Both the position numbers and the translations under genes were made by a program. Of a DNA stretch of 4,613 nucleotides, positions 1 to 4,613 are shown piece by piece (within the stretch, counting starts at the first letter, position 1; each line of letters starts with the position of its first letter). The notes beneath the pieces are model-generated. The model was not told the DNA's origin. It did no database searches and was given only the letters and a program-made list of their open reading frames with translations. Source of the stretch: a virus (taxonomy: Duplodnaviria; Heunggongvirae; Uroviricota; Caudoviricetes); IMG/VR virus record IMGVR_UViG_2731957954_000006, positions 1 through 4,613 of that record. One strand, 5' to 3'.

Positions 1-404
1 CCAACAACCAGTTCGGTCTGGGAATTTATCTGTATACCGATGTAGCGTTACCTGACGTCGTGGCGATGACCGGGACTGGTAACCCGTTCCTGATGTCGTT
101 CTTCACCCAGACCACAGACGGCAAACTGAATCTGATGCATCACAAGAAAGCCGGAAACACAAAGTTGGGCGAGTTCGGGAATTACAGTAACGACTGGCAG
201 ACGCTGGAGCTGGTGTTCACCGCCGGCAGTGCCACGGTTACTCCGAAACTGAATGGAGTGGCTGGCCCGGCATTCCAGGTCATAAAAGACAGTCTGACAG
301 TGGGACTAAATGCACTGACGCTGACGGATATTACCAAAAATGCAACGTATGGCGTTGAGATAGAAAGTCTGGTGCTGGAGATAAATGCACCGGCATCATC
401 ATAA
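1..404 (+). CDS. 3' end of a larger late-region ORF (5' end lies outside the window); function not assignable
   Basis: The frame ending at TAA 402-404 is open back to the window edge (hand translation of 3-59 gives NNQFGLGIYLYTDVALPDVV with no stop), so the GTG at 60 in the ORF track is not the real start. The translation is protein-like but I recognise no motif. Its position directly upstream of the holin matches the large ORF that lambdoid prophages carry between Q and S. Confidence 0.6.
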   Translation, partial: NNQFGLGIYLYTDVALPDVVAMTGTGNPFLMSFFTQTTDGKLNLMHHKKAGNTKLGEFGNYSNDWQTLELVFTAGSATVTPKLNGVAGPAFQVIKDSLTVGLNALTLTDITKNATYGVEIESLVLEINAPASS

Positions 405-489
405 AAAGTGAGCCAGTCAAATGGAAGGTATCGTTAAACTCACCGGTAGTGTCAGTGGGTCGTCTGAGATGCCTGCATGAGTTATCAGA

Positions 490-519
490 GCCATCAGTAC
501 TTAACTGGTGGCTTTTTTT
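490..519 (+). terminator. Rho-independent terminator-like hairpin upstream of the holin
   Basis: GCCATCAGT (490-498), loop ACTTA, ACTGGTGGC (504-512): a 9-bp stem with one G-U pair, followed directly by TTTTTTT (513-519). It lies 86 bp after the upstream ORF stop and 36 bp before the holin start. Confidence 0.55.
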
Positions 520-554
520 ATTGTTGTCAGCTTCCGGATAACGGGAGACGGGGT

Positions 555-770
555 ATGTACCAGATGGAAAAAATCACAACAGGTGTGTCATACACCACGT
601 CAGCGGTGGGAACGGGCTACTGGTTCCTGCAGTTGCTGGACAGGGTTTCCCCGTCTCAGTGGGCGGCAATAGGCGTGCTGGGGAGTCTGCTGTTTGGGCT
701 GCTGACATATCTGACTAACCTGTATTTCAAAATCAGAGAGGACCGTCGTAAGGCGGCGCGGGGGGAGTAA
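555..770 (+). CDS. S: Class II holin, phage 21 S21-type pinholin (71 aa), with dual-start motif
   Basis: The translation [71 protein letters not shown] closely resembles S21 as I recall it (two TM segments, charged C-terminal tail [13 protein letters not shown]). ATG 555 and ATG 564 form the M-x-x-M dual start typical of antiholin/holin pairs. SD GGAGA at 544-548. The track ORF starting at 477 would run through the terminator hairpin and is rejected as the start. Confidence 0.9.
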   Translation: MYQMEKITTGVSYTTSAVGTGYWFLQLLDRVSPSQWAAIGVLGSLLFGLLTYLTNLYFKIREDRRKAARGE

Positions 771-774
771 AGCG

Positions 775-1416
775 ATGAAGAAAAAATACGAACTGGGTGT
801 TAAAGGGATAAATAATTATCCGGATAAGATTACTGTTACTGTGGCACTGGAAATTGGTGGGTATCCGTCACTGTTGTTGCCAGATGTGGCGATTAGTCTT
901 GACCGTACTGAAGGTGCCACGCTGGAGTTTTACGAAGCTGAGGCGAAAAAGCAGGCGAAGCAGTTTTTCATGGATGTTGCTGCCGGGTTATGTGAAGGGA
1001 ACGAACCGTTGCCGGAAAAGCGCCCCATAATTTTAGAGGCGCAGGATGTGTTGATAACCTACAAAGGAAAGCTACCGGGAAGAATTACTGGTTCTCTGAA
1101 GATGCCGCCGTCAACACTGCGGTCAGAAAAAGAGGCGTCTTGTCTGCAGTCTGAGTACTCCATTACGGTTAAAAGTGCCGGAGAGGAAGGAAATAAACGT
1201 TATTTTATTGCGTCTGCACCTGATAAAGATCAGGAATGGGAGTGTAACCGGCCATCCTTTGTTGTATACGGAGATGGCGGGAAAATAACCATCTCAGAAA
1301 ATGGGAAATTAACACCGCCATCGCACCAGCATAGTGAGGCGCTCATTGAATTTGCCATTGATTACCTGAAGAACAATAAAAAGCAGGGGCTGATGAAGCG
1401 CCATGGGCTGTGTTAA
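775..1416 (+). CDS. Hypothetical 213-aa soluble protein inserted between holin and endolysin (possibly DUF1327/YdfR-like; unverified)
   Basis: ATG 775 lies 4 nt after the holin stop, with SD GGGGAG (762-767) inside the holin 3' end. The ORF is long and uninterrupted with a balanced, hydrophilic composition and no N-terminal signal peptide or TM segment. The same position in E. coli Qin prophage is occupied by ydfR, but I cannot confirm homology from memory. Confidence 0.75.
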   Translation: MKKKYELGVKGINNYPDKITVTVALEIGGYPSLLLPDVAISLDRTEGATLEFYEAEAKKQAKQFFMDVAAGLCEGNEPLPEKRPIILEAQDVLITYKGKLPGRITGSLKMPPSTLRSEKEASCLQSEYSITVKSAGEEGNKRYFIASAPDKDQEWECNRPSFVVYGDGGKITISENGKLTPPSHQHSEALIEFAIDYLKNNKKQGLMKRHGLC

Positions 1417-1584
1417 TGCTCTGGCGATAATGCCGAGAGTCACAGGTGTGAGATGTCCATACGGCTCAGCCTGAATGGATTTTACTGCATCGTGTTCTTG
1501 TGGGAGGAGTAAGAGGCACTCTGATTTTACCCGCTCATTTATGGCTTGCAGGCATAAATCATAATTATGTTGATCGTTATGCAT
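1309..1584 (-). CDS. Candidate small convergent ORF (91 aa) in the holin-endolysin spacer
   Basis: Minus-strand ATG at 1582-1584 is preceded by AGAGGA with a 6-nt spacer (reverse complement of 1585-1597). The first 55 codons or so lie in otherwise non-coding DNA; the last 36 overlap the 3' end of the 213-aa ORF. No recognisable family. Confidence 0.3.
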   Translation of the reverse strand: MHNDQHNYDLCLQAINERVKSECLLLLPQEHDAVKSIQAEPYGHLTPVTLGIIARALTQPMALHQPLLFIVLQVINGKFNERLTMLVRWRC

Positions 1585-1712
1585 GGTTAATCCTCTACTG
1601 AAATTGTCAGATATATTTCAGCCATCAGGAAAAACGCCAGTGTCCTACCGCTGGCGGGCTGAAGATTTAACATATCCAGGGATTCGGAACCGATAAATCC
1701 TGATAAATATCC

Positions 1713-2246
1713 ATGAACACCAAAATCAAATATGGCCTGTCGGCTGCCGTTCTGGCGTTGATTGCCATCGGTGCGCCTGCGCCTGATATTCTCGACCAGT
1801 TTCTGGATGAAAAAGAAGGTAACCACACAACGGCATACCGTGATGGTGCGGGTATCTGGACCATCTGCCGCGGTGCCACAATGGTGGATGGTAAACCTGT
1901 TATTCCGGGCATGAAACTGTCGAAGGAAAAATGCGACCAGGTTAATGCCATTGAACGGGATAAGGCGCTGGCATGGGTGGAGCGCAATATTAAAGTTCCA
2001 CTGACCGAACCACAGAAAGCGGGTATAGCGTCATTCTGTCCCTATAACATTGGCCCCGGTAAGTGTTTCCCGTCGACGTTTTATAAGCGGCTGAATGCTG
2101 GTGACCGCAGGGGAGCGTGTGAGGCGATTCGCTGGTGGATTAAGGACGGTGGCAGAGACTGCCGTATCCGCTCAAATAACTGTTATGGTCAGGTATCCCG
2201 TCGTGACCAGGAGAGCGCGCTGGCGTGCTGGGGAATCGACAGATAA
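1713..2246 (+). CDS. R: SAR endolysin, T4-lysozyme-type muramidase (GH24), 177 aa
   Basis: The N-terminus KYGLSAAVLALIAIGAPAP is a Gly/Ala-rich weakly hydrophobic signal-anchor-release segment. The catalytic triad spacing E-x8-D-x5-T is present (EGNHTTAYRDGAGIWT). Overall layout resembles R21. No convincing SD upstream of ATG 1713. Confidence 0.9.
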   Translation: MNTKIKYGLSAAVLALIAIGAPAPDILDQFLDEKEGNHTTAYRDGAGIWTICRGATMVDGKPVIPGMKLSKEKCDQVNAIERDKALAWVERNIKVPLTEPQKAGIASFCPYNIGPGKCFPSTFYKRLNAGDRRGACEAIRWWIKDGGRDCRIRSNNCYGQVSRRDQESALACWGIDR

Positions 2247-2340
2247 GCAGAATATTTTGCTGAAAAATAAGGTATGGCCACGCGGGCGGATAACACGAAA
2301 TCCTGCGAACTGGCGAAACGTAAGTGAATAAAAGTAAAAA

Positions 2341-2372
2341 CCCCGTTTGTTGGCACCAAGCGGGGTTTTGTG
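2341..2372 (+). terminator. Terminator-like hairpin after the endolysin (possibly bidirectional)
   Basis: CCCCG (2341-2345) pairs with CGGGG (2361-2365), with partial extra pairing TTGG/CCAA inside; followed by TTTTGTGTTT and preceded by AAAAA (2336-2340). Confidence 0.5.
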
Positions 2373-2402
2373 TTTCTGACCTTGAGTAAGGCAAGGGAGA
2401 AC

Positions 2403-2585
2403 ATGGCGAAGTATAAACGAATTCTGTTGAGGTTGACTATGAAAAATGGCCTTGAACTGAAAGCGCCTGTAACTGATGACATCAGCAGAGCACTGGCTTT
2501 TGCCATTAAGTGGGTGGCGGTCGGTGTTGCTGTGTTCCCGATGCTGTATGGGCTGGCAAAACTGGTCATTGCGTTGAAATCGTGA
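2403..2585 (+). CDS. Small membrane protein, 60 aa, basic N-terminus and one C-terminal TM segment
   Basis: Strong SD AAGGGAGA (2391-2398) 4 nt before ATG 2403. Translation [60 protein letters not shown]. The GTG at 2370 used by the track lies inside the hairpin and is rejected as the start. Confidence 0.55.
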   Translation: MAKYKRILLRLTMKNGLELKAPVTDDISRALAFAIKWVAVGVAVFPMLYGLAKLVIALKS

Positions 2586-2599
2586 AGGGAGGATTAAGC

Positions 2600-2731
2600 A
2601 TGTCAGACAAACTCATAACGCTGGCGAAGATCCTCTGTGTAATTGTCGGCATTTCATTTTCACTAATGCTGGTTGCTCTTTTTCTTTCCATGGCCTGGAT
2701 GATGTTGTCTTCGTCGGGGTTGCTGGGGTGA
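2600..2731 (+). CDS. Small membrane protein, 43 aa, single TM segment
   Basis: SD GAAGGGAGGA (2585-2594) overlaps the stop of the preceding small ORF, with ATG at 2600. Translation [43 protein letters not shown]. Its TGA stop (2729-2731) overlaps the Rz GTG start (2728-2730) as GTGA. Confidence 0.5.
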   Translation: MSDKLITLAKILCVIVGISFSLMLVALFLSMAWMMLSSSGLLG

Positions 2732-3201
2732 ACATAAACCGAATGCTTTCCGCGTTTATCGTTATTCTGCTGGTGGCCTGTGGTGCGCTGTGGATGGCAA
2801 CAGACCATTACCGTGATAACGCGATTACCTACAAAGCGCAGCGCGATAACAAAGCCAGTGAACTGAAGCTGGCGAACGCAACCATTACTGATATGCAGGT
2901 GCGCCAGCGCGATGTTGCTGCGCTCGATGCAAAATACTCGAGGGAATTATCCGATGCGAGAGCTGAAAATGAAACTCTGCGCGCTGATGTTGCCGCTGGT
3001 CGTAAGCGCCTGCGGATCAACGCCACCTGTCCAGGCTCCGTGCGTGAAGCCCCCACCACCTCCGGCGTGGATAATGCAACCGGCCCCCAACTGGCAGACA
3101 CCGTTACACGGGATTATTTCACCCTCAGAGAGCGGCTGATGACGATGCACAAGCAACTGGAAGGGGCACAGGACTATATCCGCACTCAGTGCCTGAAATA
3201 A
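2728..3201 (+). CDS. Rz: Rz inner-membrane spanin (i-spanin)
   Basis: Strong resemblance to lambda Rz as recalled ([45 protein letters not shown] ... [27 protein letters not shown]), with an N-terminal TM segment and coiled-coil body. The start could be GTG 2728 (coupled) or ATG 2743. Confidence 0.9.
   Translation: MNINRMLSAFIVILLVACGALWMATDHYRDNAITYKAQRDNKASELKLANATITDMQVRQRDVAALDAKYSRELSDARAENETLRADVAAGRKRLRINATCPGSVREAPTTSGVDNATGPQLADTVTRDYFTLRERLMTMHKQLEGAQDYIRTQCLK
2954..3139 (+). CDS. Rz1: Rz1 outer-membrane lipoprotein spanin (o-spanin), embedded in the +1 frame of Rz
   Basis: Translation [61 protein letters not shown] has a lipobox (VSAC), a proline-rich stretch and the conserved [14 protein letters not shown] core of lambda Rz1. 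It lies wholly inside Rz. Confidence 0.85.
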   Translation: MRELKMKLCALMLPLVVSACGSTPPVQAPCVKPPPPPAWIMQPAPNWQTPLHGIISPSESG

Positions 3202-3551
3202 GTTTTGTTGATGCGCCGTATCGTCGCTGTATTCCCTCATTAACAGAGACCGCAGCCCGACAGGGAGACTCCTCTGCGCGAGTGTGCGGGGATAATCAAA
3301 AACGATACACACCGGGGTTTACCGCGTTAACGGAGCGCGGCGTTGTCCCCTCATAGTCGCCTGTCCGGTGCGATGGTGGAAGAAGCCGGATGTTTATCAC
3401 TATTAATTGATGACACAGAAATGGATTCATTGAATTTCAGCACGTTTTTGTATTCGTGTTATTGAACATCTGTTAATTTTACTTTTAACATATTGATAAT
3501 AAAAAGAGCTGTAAATCTTTAGATGAGTCGATTTTGTCCGGGGAAGTTCAA

Positions 3552-3692
3552 ATGGATTTTATGCTGACGGTTTCTGGTGTGGTTATCCTGTCCATTGCTT
3601 ATACTGCAGATAAATATGGCTGCCATTTGTTATCACGTATTGGCGCTTATTGTTCGTTGATGCTGATTTTCTCGTCGCTTTTTTTTGAGTAA
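3552..3692 (+). CDS. Candidate 46-aa hydrophobic small protein in AT-rich island
   Basis: ATG 3552 is preceded by GGGGAAG with a 5-nt spacer. Translation MDFMLTVSGVVILSIAYTADKYGCHLLSRIGAYCSLMLIFSSLFFE. The ORF is followed by a T-run and sits in a locally AT-rich segment (about 3400-3720). Confidence 0.25.
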   Translation: MDFMLTVSGVVILSIAYTADKYGCHLLSRIGAYCSLMLIFSSLFFE

Positions 3693-3824
3693 GTTATATT
3701 AATTATAACAAATAATTTTCTGTGTTATTTTTTCAGGCTATCCCGTCAGAGGGGAAGCCTGTACTGCCGGGGAGCAAATGGAAAACTGATGTGTCCGGTA
3801 ACTGCGTGTTCTGTGAACACCATG

Positions 3825-4010
3825 TTACTTAATTATGTAATTCATACCCGAACTCTCTGTTGACAGCCTTCTTCTGCAGGCTTCAATAACCCACGCTGAA
3901 AAGTTTCCTGAACCTTTCAGATCAAGAGCGATGTTAATTTGTTCAATCATCTGGTTTGGAAATCGGATGTTGCGGGTTGTTGTTCTGCGGGTTCTGTTCT
4001 TTGATGACAT
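3825..4010 (-). CDS. Small YlcI/YnfO-like (DUF3950-type) prophage protein, 61 aa
   Basis: Translation MSSKNRTRRTTTRNIRFPNQMIEQINIALDLKGSGNFSAWVIEACRRRLSTESSGMNYIIK resembles, from memory, the small proteins encoded next to Nu1 homologues in E. coli cryptic prophages (ylcI by nohD, ynfO by nohQ). A ribbon-helix-helix-like fold is possible. Confidence 0.6.
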   Translation of the reverse strand: MSSKNRTRRTTTRNIRFPNQMIEQINIALDLKGSGNFSAWVIEACRRRLSTESSGMNYIIK

Positions 4011-4165
4011 AACGTTTCCCCATATTCAGTGTTGCTGATTTGTATTATCTGAAGTTGCTTTTACGTTAATTTGACGCAGATCAATTAATACGATACCTGC
4101 GTCATAATTGATTATTTCTCGTGGTTTGATGGCGTACACACATGTTGTGATAAACCTTATATAGA

Positions 4166-4180
4166 TGATAATCATTATCA
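4166..4180. promoter_or_regulatory. Perfect 7-1-7 palindrome TGATAATCATTATCA, Fur-box-like
   Basis: Seen directly in the sequence; matches the Fur operator inverted-repeat model tGATAATnATTATCa. Further GATAA-type hexamers lie just upstream (TGTGATAAACC, TAGATGATAAT). It is about 37 bp left of cosN. Confidence 0.3.
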
Positions 4181-4204
4181 TTTCGTGGGTCCTTTCCGGC
4201 GATC

Positions 4205-4404
4205 CGACCGGTTACGGGGCGGCGACCTCGCGGTTTTTCACTATTTATGAAAATTTTTCAGGGAAAATCGTGTCGGTACTTCTCGAATATAACTTTTTGT
4301 TTTTTTTAATATTACATCCGTAAAGGTCCGACATGAAAGTGTCCGAAAATGCCTTTTTCTGGCGTTTTCATGTCGGGCCTTGTATTTGATAATGGGTTGT
4401 TTTC
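4205..4404 (+). other. cos: Lambda-type cohesive end site (cosN with flanking cosB)
   Basis: CGGTTACG|GGGCGGCGACCT|CGCGG matches the lambda cos junction, with the 12-nt cohesive end GGGCGGCGACCT at 4217-4228. The downstream CACTATTTATGAAAATTTTTCAGG matches the lambda cosB proximal region. The nu1 start follows at 4405. Confidence 0.85.
4324..4380. promoter_or_regulatory. Inverted repeat in cosB (candidate terminase small-subunit binding sites or RNA hairpin)
   Basis: AGGTCCGACATGAAA (4324-4338) and TTTCATGTCGGGCCT (4366-4380) are reverse complements at 14 of 15 positions, separated by 27 nt, about 25 bp upstream of the nu1 start. Confidence 0.35.
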
Positions 4405-4613
4405 ATGAAGGTTAATAAAAAGAGGCTTGCCGAAATTTTCAACGTGGACCCGCGGACGATTGAACGCTGGCAGTCTCAGGGACTCCCTTGCGCCTCCAAA
4501 GGTAGTAAGGGCATTGAATCTGTATTTGATACTGCCATGGCAATTCAGTGGTATGCGCAGAGGGAAACTGATATCGAAAACGAAAAGCTCCGCAAAGAAC
4601 TGGACGATTTGCG
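4405..4613 (+). CDS. nu1: Terminase small subunit Nu1 (N-terminal part; continues beyond window)
   Basis: Translation [69 protein letters not shown] aligns by eye with lambda Nu1 (MEVNKKQLADIFGASIRTIQNWQEQGMP ... IENEKLRREVEELR), including the winged-HTH region. Absent from the ORF track because it runs off the window end. Confidence 0.9.

Noticed and set aside
477-554. Upstream in-frame ATG at 477 giving a 97-aa holin
   Set aside because: The extension would be translated through the terminator hairpin (490-519) and has no SD. The SD-preceded ATG 555 / ATG 564 dual start matches the 71/68-aa architecture of S21-type holins.
1587-1987. Minus-strand ORFs 1587..1826 (79 aa) and 1667..1987 (106 aa)
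   Set aside because: They lie antisense to the well-supported SAR endolysin gene, have low-complexity Arg/Ser/Pro-rich translations and no RBS; typical shadow ORFs.
2370-2402. GTG at 2370 as start of the first small ORF (71-aa version)
   Set aside because: The GTG lies inside the terminator-like hairpin with no SD, whereas ATG 2403 has a strong AAGGGAGA SD at ideal spacing.
2095-2569. ORFs 2095..2331 (+), 2140..2394 (-) and 2189..2569 (-)
   Set aside because: They overlap the endolysin 3' end, the terminator or the small-ORF locus in alternative frames or antisense, with no start context; the supported + strand genes explain the region better.
2510-2599. N-terminal extension of the second small ORF (73-aa version starting at 2510)
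   Set aside because: The extension overlaps the 3' end of the first small ORF in another frame and has a Gly/Cys-rich, unnatural translation; ATG 2600 with SD GAAGGGAGGA is the credible start.
2912-2953. Longer Rz1 starting at ATG 2912
   Set aside because: Lambda Rz1 begins at the signal peptide directly. The 14 extra residues would precede the lipoprotein signal peptide and prevent normal processing; ATG 2954 gives the canonical signal-peptide start.
2566-3312. Minus-strand ORFs 2566..2808, 2829..3101 and 2947..3312
   Set aside because: They are antisense to Rz/Rz1, whose identity is strongly supported; translations are low-complexity and there is no RBS.
3202-3824. bor-like lipoprotein gene on the minus strand between Rz and cos
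   Set aside because: No ORF of suitable length (about 97 aa) exists on either strand in this interval according to the six-frame track, so bor appears absent rather than present.
1-4613. CRISPR array, tRNA/rRNA gene, IS element or integrase/att site
   Set aside because: No direct repeats with regular spacing, no cloverleaf-forming 75-90 nt segment I could identify by eye, no terminal inverted repeats flanking a transposase-like ORF, and no recombinase ORF in the window.

Overview
This window is the late-gene/packaging junction of a lambdoid (pro)phage, almost certainly enterobacterial, read left to right on the + strand. It contains the 3' end of a large upstream ORF, a lysis cassette (phage-21-type pinholin, SAR endolysin, embedded Rz/Rz1 spanin pair), a lambda-type cos site with the 12-nt cohesive end GGGCGGCGACCT, and the start of terminase small subunit Nu1. 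The backbone is conventional; the interest lies in what is inserted between the conserved genes. (i) A 213-aa cytoplasmic ORF is translationally coupled to the holin and followed by a 296-bp spacer holding a convergent 91-aa ORF with a strong RBS. (ii) Two tiny single-TM ORFs sit between endolysin and Rz. (iii) The position that bor occupies in lambda holds an AT-rich island with a 46-aa hydrophobic ORF and a small minus-strand YlcI/YnfO-like gene. (iv) A perfect 7-1-7 Fur-box-like palindrome lies about 35 bp from cosN. No rRNA, tRNA, CRISPR array, IS element or integrase was seen. All family assignments come from reading the translations and recalling reference sequences (S21, R21, lambda Rz/Rz1/Nu1/cos), not from any search.
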